Shown piece by piece: positions 1 to 12,061 of a stretch of DNA of 64,000 bases. The notes below the pieces were generated by a model. The model made no database searches. It was given only the letters and a program-made list of their open reading frames with translations, and was not told the origin of the DNA. The DNA lies in NCBI GenBank assembly GCA_973895155.1, contig OZ316891.1:24489899-24553898 (forward strand), written 5' to 3'. Position numbers and translations under genes: made by a program. The stretch comes from Marsupella aquatica (Eukaryota; Plantae; Marchantiophyta). Position 1 is the first letter of the stretch, and every line of letters starts with the position of its first letter.

Positions 1-656
1 ATTTTCATGTATGACAAACCTACAACATGAGTGGAGGTTTCTGTTAGACTCTCCTCCACTGTCCCACCTAGCTCAACAACTATGGACTTGTACAGTTTGC
101 ACTTAGTCTCCCCAATTCCCTCTTCTGCAAATACCACACTGAACCCCTTCATAATGGTATTTCTCTCCTTGCCATGCTCATTCAATATAGCATCTGCACG
201 CATAGGATGGTGTCCTATGTTGACAACAGGTCCATATTGGACAGAAGCAAAGTTGGGTTTCTCTGCCGCTGCTTCATAGGCTTCCTTTTCAGCCAAAGCC
301 TCTACAGTGGCCTCCTCACTCTCCCACAACTCATATTGCTCAGTAATCTGTACACACCTATGTTTAACAGAATCAGTCAGCCAAGAGACTTCAACCACTT
401 TTAGACCTTGGTTGGTAATGGCAGAATCAATGAAGGACCATGACCACTTGTTCATCACATTCAGCCATGTCCCCGCAACAACATGTGTAGTCTGTGGAGT
501 GATGTCCTTGACTTCAGTCCCATTGAACTCTGAGAATCATTTTTGTACAATTGGCCAACTCACTTGGGTGAACCCATAGTGGCTAGGAATCAAAATGGCT
601 TTGATTCCAGCCAACAGATGCGGGTGGTCAACCTTTGTACATTTCCTAGAGGCCAT
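1..656 (-). pseudogene. Tandem BRCT-domain ORF (runs off window start; one in-frame TGA)
   Basis: Manual minus-strand translation from ATG 656: LLAGIKTILIPSHYGFTQVSWPIVQK*FSEFNGTEVKDITPQTTHVVAG...LKVVEVSWLTDSVKHRCVQITEQYEL and IMKGFSVVFAEEGIGETKCKLYKSIVVELGGTVEESLTETSTHVVG. Both show the BRCT G..f / GG / THvv pattern, and the first also has the W..DS..Y tail. Stop at 537-539. Not in the ORF track. Confidence 0.8.
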
Positions 657-1252
657 GTACACACACCCCACCTAATCATTGCAGACCGGAAGATAATGCG
701 TTCACCTGATAATCGAAGGGCCCCTAAAATGCTGCATTTATAACTTGGTCCAGTCCAGTCGTTTGGTGAGTCTCTGCTCCGATTCCAAGCAGGGGAAATA
801 TTGGGACAAACGTACTAGACACCTGCAAGGATGCACCTCATAGTTTGAATATGTGCCTTCACAATATTGAAGGTGACAAGTGCAATTTTTTTGTGATGCC
901 ACATACAGATGTTGTAAATGGGCAGACATTCAATGAGAATACAAAATGTTGGTACACAAACAGAATTCTCGCAATTTAAATAGCCTTGTAACTTATATGC
1001 TCATAATCAGAAGTCCTGATTTAATTTAAGCAGTGTCATGTAAGTCGTGATCAAAATGATTGCAGAGTTAAAAAAGTTCCTACAAGGCTTAAGGAGAGTT
1101 TTTGAAGGCATGTACCCAGGAACAAGTAATGAACTTAGGGTACTTGTTGCCTAAGCATCCTCTCCTACAGAGGTCCTTCTTCTCAAAATTGGAATGTTTG
1201 CAATCTCCAAGGTATCCACATCAAGTGCACTATGCAAGTACATTATTCAGAT

Positions 1253-1933
1253 TCAAAGCCAAGAAATGTGATCTCTCATAGGAGTGTGCAAAGTAGGATC
1301 TATGGCATGGCGATGACAATAGAAGATCCATCGATCAACACCATGTGCAGAGTGATGATAGATGTGTCTGTCACAAGCATAGCCTTCTGCTTGACGATCC
1401 TTCAAACAATGAAAGTGCCACATGGTGGGACACCTAACACAGTGGACTATGTCCACCCAAAAATCTTCATCGTGCTGACCACATGCCTTGCACTTATGAA
1501 GTGGGCAAGCTGTGGCAAGATCGGGCAAACATGAAAAACAAAAGAACCTCACACAATATCTGTCAGGGCATTTCCTAACAAGTGGTGGAGCATCAACAGA
1601 GCCCTCATAAGACCCCAACTTCCCACACTGTGCACACTTAGCCTGCTTCTCCAAACAATCAGTGCACATCCAGCCTCCCTGGTGTGCTGACGGGAGGCCC
1701 ACCCCTGGACAGTTGTTTTCTGCAGCAAGGTCAGACTCGGGGTTGAGGTGGAAATGCCTCATGCAAGGGCCCTCACATATGGCTAAGCCCCCACCATCGT
1801 CACAAATGGCACAACAATGAGCTGCCTTCTGGAAAATCTGACGTGCGGAGAAGTTTCTACCATCAGGCCCAACTACACCTGTGTTGCTCACCTCTGTCCC
1901 CCGCTTCTTGGCTCGGATTTTAGGGCGTGCCAT
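1253..1933 (-). CDS. Stand-alone composite PHD-finger protein, EDM2-like
   Basis: 226-aa intact ORF with CAICDDGG..CEGPCMRHFH, CTDC..KCAQCGKLGS, CPLHKCKAC, CVRCPTMWHFHC and IFYCHRHAIDPTLHTPMRDHI. This is collinear with the PHD region of Arabidopsis EDM2 as recalled (CAICDNGG..CEG.C.RSFH..CPLHKC..CRRCP..YH..IYC..HEID..L.TP.RDH). Basic N-terminus (RPKIRAKKR). Confidence 0.85.
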   Translation of the reverse strand: MARPKIRAKKRGTEVSNTGVVGPDGRNFSARQIFQKAAHCCAICDDGGGLAICEGPCMRHFHLNPESDLAAENNCPGVGLPSAHQGGWMCTDCLEKQAKCAQCGKLGSYEGSVDAPPLVRKCPDRYCVRFFCFSCLPDLATACPLHKCKACGQHDEDFWVDIVHCVRCPTMWHFHCLKDRQAEGYACDRHIYHHSAHGVDRWIFYCHRHAIDPTLHTPMRDHISWL

Positions 1934-2569
1934 GCCTACCCATGAGACAGATAGTACAATTTAGCAGAGTGCACAGACAATACAATTTAGCAGTGTACAA
2001 AAAGTACAATGTAGCATATTACACACAGATGTATACATACTTTTTGGTTTGTTGAGCCCACTCTGAAAACTGATCCCCTAGTACAATAGCTCCACCTACA
2101 CCTCAATTTTGTGGCTATGATTCACCAAAGGAGATCTGCAACAAGATTTAATGCATTTGAATCACATACAATAGTTGTGACATGTAAAACAGGCATTTTT
2201 CGAACAGGATTGGTATCAAGCAGTGTGATCAGGGTTGTAGTTTATACATCCTAAATAGGCTATGATAGTGAATGAGACAAATAAGTTAGGCATAAATCAC
2301 TTTTTCCAGGTTATCACATGGCCCATTAATTCCAGTCTTTGAAAGGAGACTTTTAAGTGAGCTTGCTAGCCTCTTAAATTAGGATATTGTACTTAGTGCA
2401 GCCATAATAGGATAAATTATGTACTGTTGACCCTAAACCCTGGACTGAAAATTGCTCATAATTCAAAATTTTAAGTAAATATCCTCTCTGTTCAAGTCAG
2501 AGTGTTAAGTTATAGGTCAATGGTCTCTGGTCTGTGCATGCGGTGAGACAAGTGGTCCTCTAGAGCGTG

Positions 2570-5500
2570 TGTGGTGCGTCCCATGGCTCCCTAAACCCAA
2601 GAAACCCCCCCAACACAAGCCGATTCCCGCAGGTTTCGCGCTTGGCGGGGCCATTTCCGCGGCTTAGAGGCATGGGACGTTGCTAAACTCCTCTACATCT
2701 ATTAACAATTTACACACATATACTGGACAGATCCTTCATCGGGTCATGAGATATGAAGCCGGCCTACTCTAGGCCTTTCCTTGTCTTCCTCTCCTTCTGG
2801 TTAGGTATGTTTGGATTCCGTCGCCGGAATGATCCCCAATAGGCTTGGTTAAGCCGCTAAGACCTCTCTCAGCTCGACACATTCAACACTCACTCCCTTG
2901 CTTACTTTCCTTCCTTCTGGTTGATGTGGGCACTCTTCACACAAGTTAATGCGACACACAAATAGCAAAATGACTCCTTCTGACTGAATCATACCATACA
3001 CTTGCCATACAAATAGTACATCTCATACACAAGCTCTGCGAACTAAGCCGTGAGGCCAACTCTATTCAGCTCTTAGGCATGAGGAAACATGAATATACAC
3101 AAGGTCACAATATGACTAACCAAGAGCTTCTCTTACTACTTGATCCCAGCCCGGCTGGTGCAAACTAAAAACTTGCTAAAGAAGAGGCCCTGAGCTCCCC
3201 GCAGCCCAGGTACTTATCCTGGTAGCGGATCCGCCTAATTCTTTGCAGCGTAAGCCTAATCTACCTAATAGTAATCTACCTGCCCGAATCTACCTATGTA
3301 CAGCGAGGCAGGAGTACAAGTGCTGCTCTTACAAGTGGAACCGCAATCCCACTAAGCTAAGTGTCAGGGCCGCTTCCTGGTCCTGATCCTAATCCTAACT
3401 TAGAGATCCGAGCCCGCCCTGCCCACTCACGCCTCCTCCCTCCACGTCCGCCCTCCTTGAAAGGAGCGGCCCTCCACCACCGTCATGGCAGCGGTGTCTG
3501 TCCCTCAGTGGACGCCCCCATCGCTTCTTCCTCAGCCACTGCCGTTGGCCCGTCTACTGACAGATTACCTGCCCTTGACTGAGTCAACTCTCCATCGGCC
3601 TGACTGGGTCCACCTTCGGCTTCGGCCCTGACACCGGCCTCGGCATCACCTCCGGCTTCGGCATTCCCTTCCCCTAGGGTAGTTGGATCCTCTGCCTTGA
3701 TCTTGTCTGGAGTCGTTGCCGGGTCTACCTCCTTGGTCACCTCGGCCTTTGGAGTCGTATTACTCCTTGACCCTGAAGGTTTCCGCTTCTTCTTCGTTTC
3801 TGGCTCGGCAGCTGGTCCCTTCCCCTTCCCACTTACTTCCGGCACTGGTGCAGGTGGCGCGGCTTGTCCTTCGGCAATTACCACCCCTGGTAACTGGTTT
3901 GCCCCAACGGGAGATGGACCTGCTGCAGCTAAGCATTTAAATACTGCGGCTTGTTTCTTCAGTCGCTCTGTTTGGTTGTCGGCCCGCCGCTGTAGGTTCT
4001 CCATCTTCCTCGTGATTTCCTCCAACTCCTCTTGGGTCTCATCCAGGTCCTTACGTGCCCCCTCCAGCTTGTTTTTGGCCTCCTCCTGCTCCCTGTGGGC
4101 TTCCTCCAATTCCTTCTTCAAGGTAGCCCTCTCCTCCCGGGTTGCTCTTAGCTCCTTGTCGAGCTCTGCAATGATGACAGACTCCATCTGGTTCATCTTG
4201 GCATAAGTCTGGTCGAGCATCACGTCCTTCTCCCTTAGGTCGGCCTTGAAGCTGGCCGTTAGGGACGCAAGCTCCTGCTGCAGTGCCATAATCTCTTGAT
4301 AGGATTTCCCTAACTCGGCCTCCTTCTGTTCAAGGGCTCCGCGGCTTTTCTCGAGCTCCCCTTTCAACGCCCGTTCCTTTCTTTGGGTCTCTGCCATGGC
4401 CCGGTTGTTAGCTGTTATGTGGGCCTCCTCTGCATTCCTCAGCTCTCGCTTCCACTTCTCCCTCTCTTTGATCGCATCGGCCAACTCTCCTTGGGTCCGC
4501 GTCAGTAGATTCTCGATCATCCTGTTATCAGATTGTGCGGTATCCAACTGGCCCTGCATGATATTTAGCTCATGCCGCTTAATCCGCAGCTCATCTTGGG
4601 CTTTCTTGGCCGCCCTCAGGTCCTTGATTTCGGCTTCCCTTTCCCTAAGCCGACGGATGACCTCATCCTTCTTGCTTCTTTCCAAGGCCACCGCTTCTTC
4701 CAATTGGCGCTTCTCCAACTGCTCCCTATGGAAAAAGGGTCCTACCTCCAATTCCTCCCCAAAGATGCCGAGCGCAAGTTCCCCACACATCTCACCATAC
4801 TCCATGGCTCTATTCTTAGCGTAGGTGGAGTAAGTAGAAGTGATCGGCATCGTCCATCGCGGCCTCTGCTCCCAAGCCGTCTTGCGGGTCTCTTCAATCG
4901 TGGCTAGAGGTTTGCTTCCTTTTTTGGCTAGCCGCCTAATGTTCTCTGGCCATTCCCCTCCTGGAAAATCCTTCTCACTAGCCAGGGCTGCCTCCTCTTC
5001 CTCCCTGATTCGCTCCTGAAATTCTTGCACCGTCTGTTTTATGCCGTCAAAGCTTGGGGGAGCGACATCTGGCGGGGGAGACTCGGGGCTGCTCTGCTGG
5101 CTCGGGTCTCCTCGGACTACTCTTGGGAGCGTGGGGATGAAGCAACCACAGGTCCTTACTCCTGGAACATGATGATCCGACCCATAGCCGGAGTTATCAT
5201 TGCTGTAGTCCTCCATCGCCTCCTCCTCGGCTTGGACTACCAGCTTCTCCCGCTCGTCTCCTGGTTTTGGTGTGAACACGGCTTCACCTCCTGCCGGTCT
5301 TGGTTCCTCCTCCGGTCTCCGTGTTGATCTCCTGCTCTCCTTGCTGTGGTCGGGAGTTACGACCTGCTTCTCCTCCGCTTCGGGACTAGAGGCTCCTACA
5401 TACATCCGGACTCCCGGCTTGTGTTCCGGCCTCCGTCTCTCCTTGACTCCAGTAAAGGGGTTCTCCTTTGTAAGCCGGTTTAGGCCTACCTCTGGAACAA

Positions 5501-7257
5501 TATCGTTCATTGTTGCCGCTGCCGTTGTCGTTGTCGATGCCGATCTCTTTTCTTTCTCCAGCAGCTTCAGCAGACTCTGCATGCCTGGTTGCTGCATCGG
5601 CAAGTCCTCTGTTCTTGGTCTAAACACCTGGTCGATTGTAGGACTGTCGGGCGGTTTGGGTTTCTCCGTTGCCTGTCTCTGTTCCGGAACTGGTGCCCTT
5701 GCCGATAGGGGAAGTACCGGGGCAAAGGTCTGACCTCTGGCATACCGGCACAACAGCGGCATGTGATAGCCAAGCCGCGATACGCTCCCCATGCCGATTA
5801 CTTGCTACTCCTCCTTCAAGATTTTCTTCAATTGGTTGAGGAGGTACCCGTTGTAGTCCCGGCTTGGGTCTGGTCTCTCTGCCAGATAGACCTATGCCTT
5901 GCCGATCTCTGCCCTCGGCAAGTTACAATGCATGGTTACCCGCAAGAAGTCGATCATCTCTCCAATGTGCGGGTTGGTACAGGTGTTCCGGAAGAAGCCA
6001 TTCTTCGTTGATATATGGTCCGGGGAACGACCGGAACTCTTTGTCAGGCAAGGTCTTCCTGGTATCAACCTTGGTCTTATTGCCTATTGGCAAGCCAAAC
6101 ACTTCGGCAATCACCTTGGGAGTAAGATAGAAATCCTTCCCATATATCCTCGTGCAATTGGTCTCGGGTTCCCATGACCCCACGAATTCTAATAGGTCTG
6201 AATCCGGCACCTCCGGCTTTAGCCATGGTAATCTTACAAAGGCTTCCAAGCCGGATCCGGCCATGAAGCCTTGGTACTTCTTGGTCTGCATGGCCGTAAA
6301 GCATGCATCCTCCTCCCGTGCAAAATGTAGTTGCACCTCCATTGGTAGAGTTGCCGCCCAGCCCTTCCAGGTGTCATCCCTGGTTGGAATGGCGTTGATG
6401 GGGTCGCTTTCCTCCTCTTCGGCTTCGCTCTTCTTCCTGCTCTGCTGTTTGGCTGGTTTCTTTGGTGCCGCCGACCTTGTTCTTTTTGCCGGGGTGGCTT
6501 CATCGTTGACGGCTCCCTTCCTCTTCATCTCAGCTGCCGTGGAGGTTTCTCCTAGCACTGTTGCCTGGGTCCACCTTTCTGTGCTACCCTTTAATTCCCA
6601 GTGTATGTCGTTGCAGTTCTTGATGGCCTCTCGGATGCCGATGATGCTGTCTTTGCAAAACAGAAGATCGTCAAGCTGATTGGAAGTAGGAGTCCACAAG
6701 AACTCGGCCTTGATGAGTTTGCCTCCTAAGAAAGCCGTTTTCTGCAGCTCCCACAATCTAGCGAGCTCCTATCGTTCTCGAGCTGCTCTTTCTGATTCTT
6801 CGTCCTTGTAAGTCTTGATGTACTCAGTTGCCCGTTCGAACAGGCATCCCCAGAAATGTGCCGCTTGATTGACGTTGCTCATACCCTCCTGAGGTTGATC
6901 GTTGGTATCTACTCCCTCCCCGAGTGCTTGCCTAAGCAGCTGACAGTAGTTGGCCTCCCGTAGTCGTCTGCCTAGTTCTTGCTCGCAAATGAGCCACCGT
7001 CTCCTGCAAGCGCTCCTTACCCCTCTCCTCCTCCGGTCCTTCCTCCCGTTGATCCTTCCTAGCCGCCGACGCTTAGCACGCCCTAACCCTAATCGAGTTT
7101 TCACCCCCAGCGTTCTTACCTCCGGCCTCGGCCCGGGTTCCATAGTCGCCCCTAATTGTTTATATTTTTCTTGTTTGTCCCTATACTAAGGTGTTTCCAG
7201 GGTGCATTCCTGCTTTACCCCCTTAACTGGCCGAGTGATTCCTGGCTAGGCATCACA
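2570..7257 (-). mobile_element. Solo LTR (4,688 bp) of a Gypsy family, containing a long ORF
   Basis: Element strand begins TGTGATGCCTAGCC and ends GGGACGCACCACA. Perfect 5-bp TSD GCGTG at 2565-2569 and 7258-7262. The same start follows integrase+PPT at 61680 and a near-identical end precedes a PBS-like motif at 55932. Confidence 0.92.
3483..7143 (-). pseudogene. LTR-internal ORF (~1,218 aa reconstructed): plant-transposon/PMD-like domain plus long coiled coil
   Basis: ORFs 6769-7143, 5923-6756 and 3483-5792 join into one frame after removing a 4-nt TATA insertion (~6012-6015) and reading through TAG at 6769, 5892 and 5805. The motif GLEAFV..LLEFV..IYGKDFYLTPKVIAEVFGLP resembles Transposase_32/PMD-type domains. 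Heptad-rich E/K/R region in the C-terminal half. Confidence 0.75.
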
Positions 7258-7702
7258 GCGTGTGATCCAAACATGTGTAGACACCAAAGGCACCGGTGTT
7301 GGGGTCTGGGAGGGCAGGACAAGTGACATCGCCAGGCACACTACAGGATGGCGAGTGGTTCCAGATGATACATTGTGCTCTGTGCAAAAACCGACATCCA
7401 ATAGAACGGTCATCCAACTCTGGGCCAGATGCCCTACAGGCACGACAGTCATATTGGCAACTGTGCACACACCCTTGGCACCTAATTTGTGGTGGGTCAT
7501 GTACAAGAGACACAAATACCAAGGATGTCGGGAAGGGTACTGAAGCAGGTAGAGGCCGGCTGTAGTTGTTCCTGGAAAGAACAGGGTACTCAAAGTACCA
7601 TGCAGACTGGGCTGGAAGGATCCCTAGTCTGACATACTCAAGGTGCAACATCTCTGCCTTGCGTGCAAGCCGCACATGTTCAGCGTTGCGGGTCCTCACC
7701 AT
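7258..7702 (-). CDS. Small Cys/His-rich ORF of unknown function, solo LTR inserted at its 3' end
   Basis: ATG-initiated 149-aa ORF with CQGCVHSCQYDCRAC and further C/H residues. The solo LTR sits in its last codons. Confidence 0.35.
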
Positions 7703-10519
7703 AAGTGTTGCTTTTGTTGTGATGTCCTCTGTTCATGTCCTTTGATGAGCAAGGCGAGCAGGAGGTCCACTTGCCTTGCCCACAGCAACCAACCTGCACT
7801 TATCAGTTCCCACTCACTAAATTGGTTCCAACTACAGGTCACAGTATACACATAGCATGAAAAGTGCATAGTACATATTTGATGTTGAGTTCCTAAGACA
7901 AAGAGCATGTATATAAAACCATGTTCTCCATGGACATGTACATAAATCATATTTGGATCCTGTTTTTTCATCCAGAAAGATTGAAAGTCTCACCTTGCAG
8001 GTTGCAGCAAAGAGAAAACTCACTGGTTGTCGTGTTGTGCAAGTGAACCTCCACTGAGGTGGCAGAAAGCAGACAAAGCTTCAGGAAGATGGGAAAGAAA
8101 ACTCAGCGCCTCCTAAGAAGAACATTGATACACAGTGTCCATAACAAACTCATGAAGTGGCAGAAAGGATAGCGTCGCCACAAGCACAAAATCCCGATAG
8201 GTTTAAGCTGCAAAAAACTAACCCCTCCAAATGTTTCCAGCTTGCGACCCTCAGGTGGAATGTGTATGCAGTTACATACACATGAGGATCCCCAACAAAG
8301 CAGACAACAGTGTGATCCGAATTCCCAATTACTATGTTCTATCCATACCTATGTTCATCAAAAAATGTTATGAGTAGACATTGTGAAGCCAGCAAAACCA
8401 AGGAGCCAATTGAAGCCAAATACTAAATTCAAATTCTGAGTTAGTTTGTACCTTACAAAGGTGGACCCCTGCCCTGCCTCAGTGACTGAGCAACAGTGCT
8501 GGTTGAGCAATGGAACCATTCAAAATTGCCATCACCAACCCTGCACTTGACACAGGATTCACACCAGCAGCATTCATGTGGATGCTGCAAAAGGAGCTTC
8601 TCATAATTCTCCTCTAATGTAATGCTCAATATAAACAATTAGAACTCCCACAAGTTGTCAAGACAGATTCCACCGGAGCAAAAAGTCCAAATCAGGTGAA
8701 TGAAAACCTATCGAGAGAAAATAAGAACGTAACTAAGAAGGTAGGCACACGAGCAACCAAGAAAAAAAGCAAGTGGCGCCTCGAGGAGAATCCGGAATGG
8801 TAATGCCCTTGCCCAGAAGCTTGGGAAACAAATCCAAAAAGCGCAAAAATGAGCGGCTGACCACCGTCTTGACCAGGCCCGCCACAAGGTATGGCTAGAG
8901 GCTGTGGTCCCCCCCTCAGTAAAGAAAAGGATGTAGGTTGGAGCACGGGGCACAAGGCATGTTTGGATCCAGGAGGAGCAAAACAGTAATGTCAAGCAAG
9001 AAGTGTGGAGAGACCAATCAGTAAACAAAAATAGGGGAGAACAAACATACATCAGCAGCAGCAGGAAACGAGAAAGTTGATTTAGGAGGGATTGTAGGGA
9101 GAGAGCTTTTGGTGGGCTCGGCTGCGCATGAAATATCGGGAGATAGATGCGCAAGAGAGTGAGGAGGGTGGCAAGCAGAAGACGGGTTGGGACTGGACCC
9201 TTGGTGCCGGTGGGTAATATATGGGGTTTCAGCAGACTTGGGGCCAGTTTGAGGAGAATTAAGAAGCACGCACCCCACGTTCTTGGGTGGTGGTTGGGTG
9301 GGGTTTTGTTTGATTGAAGAAGAAATCACCATTCTCTTCTTGAAGAAAGAAAATCGCAGGAAACAGTGGACGGGAGAACAAGGCATGTAATAGAGAACAA
9401 CAAGGCATGTAATAGAGACAGTGCGCAGCTCAGCTCCGAGGTCCAACGTTACGATGCACAGGGGGTCCTTGGTTGCAAGTAGGAGAAGGACTGAATCACT
9501 GTGGCTGCTCTTCTCTACTATCGAAGCACCCGGCTAGCAGCTCCGCAAACACTGATCATAGCTACAATCTCTACTCCATTGATTGAAGAGTAGCTGCAGC
9601 ACAATAAGGAGCTCCCACAGCCTCCCTCTTCAAAGCTCGGTTGACCTAGCTCTACGATCGACGGAGCATGGGCGCCAGACAAAGCACAAACTATACCATG
9701 GCGCTGGAGAAAAACACAGAATAATTGAAGCCTAACAATACCCTTCTCAGCTCCTGATTGAATGAGGAAAAGCACATTACAAGACACATTGCAGGCAATA
9801 GGATTTTAACAATGAAATCTCGCTTGTGCTGACAGAATACCTGGTTACAGCCACGCGTTGCTCATCCTCCCACAGTTTGGTGGCACACTATCCAGATGGC
9901 ATGACGCATGCCTTAACTTATGACGATTTGCGCAGCTCAAATCAAGTAGGTTGTCCCCACAAAAAGACAGAGGACAACAAAGAAAAGCAATGTAGCCGTG
10001 ATGTCTTACCAGCCCTGACAACGGGAGCTTCAAAGGCGGTGCACTGTGGCTGAAATGGCAGCACGCTGCTCAAACACTAAAGCAACACAAAACTTGGACT
10101 CTCACCTTATGCTATCAAACAACTCCTGGCTTGTATTCAGCTGGCGTTGGCCCACTCTAAGCTCTTGCGCCGCTCCGACTGCCAGTCGTTCTGTAGACGG
10201 TCTGTATCCTCCCTGACCGCAGCTCCTCCCCGCCCCCAGCTCGTCACCCGCGTCTTCTCCCCAATTTGTGGTGAGCTCCTCCTCGACCGCAGCTCTTGCG
10301 ACTGCTTTGCCCAGCCTCTGATGGCCTTCACGTTGTTATCGATTGTCGCTCGCCACAAAGTCCACAATCCATAAACCAGGCAGATAGCGCACCCGTAGAA
10401 CAGATGCAACCCGCATGCAGCTTCACCAACTCAATGGCAGCTCGACAACTTAAGGGTGCAGCAAAAGGGCGTTGAATAGGTTGTCTCACCTCACCCTTCG
10501 AGAGCCGGTCATTGCAGCA

Positions 10520-10765
10520 TCCCTAAACTCCCGATCCCTCTTCTCGGATTCCACAGAGCCGACCACAAGAAAATGGGAACACTAAACCTCACTGTAGAGA
10601 TGTTCCCACCAAGATTACACGGAAAACCTTGCTCCGATCCCTAAGCTCCTGATCCCATCGAGAGAACACGATAAAACCTTGCTCCGATCCCTAAACTCCC
10701 AATCCCACCAAGAGAACACAATAAACCTTGCTCCGCAAGTTGGGAATGTGGCGGGATCCCTAAAC
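10520..10765. repeat. Short degenerate tandem repeat (~50-bp units)
   Basis: Recurrent AAACCTTGCTCCGATCCCTAA / CCCGATCCC..GAGAACAC units. Confidence 0.55.
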
Positions 10766-11629
10766 ACATCAACAACCTGCTAAGTGTATGCAAAGTTGCA
10801 TAACCGGCTTGTTCCCTTCCAACGGTCGCGCGACTCGGGTGTCCAAATGGTACTGCAAGCGGTACAGGCCCCTAGGTTGGGATACCCTTACCAAGGTCAC
10901 TGTTGTTGCCGACATGGTAACGGCAAGAATATCCTGACCCTCCATAAACCCCCTCCATTCACTCAAGTGTTGTGAGTGACAACTTAGTGTAGTGTCGCTA
11001 AACAAATACTTTGGCCTTAGCAAATATTTGTGGTGATCAAACTTCATTAAACCAAACCTCTTTTGGTCACAAATAAGGACATTTAATGAGTGATGCCCCT
11101 TGTCATCACCCTCTTAATTTATGCAATTACCCCTCCTGAACATAAGTGAACATTGTCCAAATTGCCTACCCTCATGAATAATTTGTCAATTATCTTTCCC
11201 GACATATATGATGTCAATGGACATGATGGGGAACATGATGTCAATGGACATGATGCCAACGATCCAATGGTTCCTAAACCCCCATCAGCCAGCACCACCT
11301 CCTGTGCCACGTCCGGATCGTCGCAAGAGGGACAAGGGGAAGAGGCCGGCGACAAGGAGTAGGAGGACCCCATTCTAGAGCTTGGTGGTGTAGTGCCTAT
11401 GGGATGCCCATTTACTTAGTGTAGTATATAGTTTTGATATGGGTAGTCTTATAGGGACCTAGCTTGTCATATGACACCCATCTAGGGTTTAGGGTTTAGG
11501 AAACCCTAATTTTTGTGTACCTATCAATTTTCTATAAAGCAATTTTGATTTAGACCTCATTCTCCGTGTTGGACAACAAGACCCCAACCATAATTCAAAA
11601 CTCTAAATCTAAACCCTAGCCTCAAGACA

Positions 11630-12061
11630 TCTTGCGAAACCTATGCGAACAACCCAATTCGCATATTTACCATATTGAAGGTATCGCAAACATTATGCAA
11701 ACCACATACGTTCACAAAAATGCAAAGCCATGTTCATGGCATAACTACCATTAACTTAATATCGCAAACCGATTACCAAACTTCTGGGATTGCAAATATT
11801 TAACTGCTTGATTATTATCGCAAGCCTCTCGCGACGCCCATGGAGTCGCTTAAATGTGAGTCCTTTGCGATTCTATTAGTGTCGCAAGTTGCGAAGGCGT
11901 TGCGAAGGTCTTGCGAAAGACTGGATGCGAACCTTTGGGCTTCGCAGTTTGCGATTCTATTGCGATGCGCGATACTTCGCAAAGGCGAGTTTTGTTTTTT
12001 GATTTCCTTTGTTGTTTGCGATGCTTTCAAGTTCGCAAAAGGTGTAGGTAGTGTTGTAGTG
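11630..12061. mobile_element. Right terminus and subterminal repeats of a second CACTA element (partner end not in window)
   Basis: Ends ...GTGTTGTAGTG (reverse complement CACTACAACAC) at 12061, preceded by a dense cluster of TCGCAA/TTGCGA motifs in both orientations. Confidence 0.7.

Noticed and set aside
3483-5792. Host myosin/SMC-like coiled-coil gene
   Set aside because: It lies inside a TSD-bounded multicopy LTR and has no motor or ATPase motifs.
3697-6679. Plus-strand Ser/Leu/Phe-rich ORFs
   Set aside because: Antisense shadows of the E/K/R-rich minus-strand ORF.
8453-10409. Short hydrophobic or Cys-containing minus-strand ORFs
   Set aside because: No recognisable domain and several have non-ATG starts; cannot be supported from sequence alone.
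10981-10994. Additional CACTA-like terminus (reverse complement CACTACACTAAG)
   Set aside because: No partner TIR, TSD or subterminal repeats found.
11484-11510. Isolated TAGGGTTT/AAACCCTA motifs as telomeric remnants
   Set aside because: Only two to three units; telo-box-like motifs are common in plant TEs and promoters.
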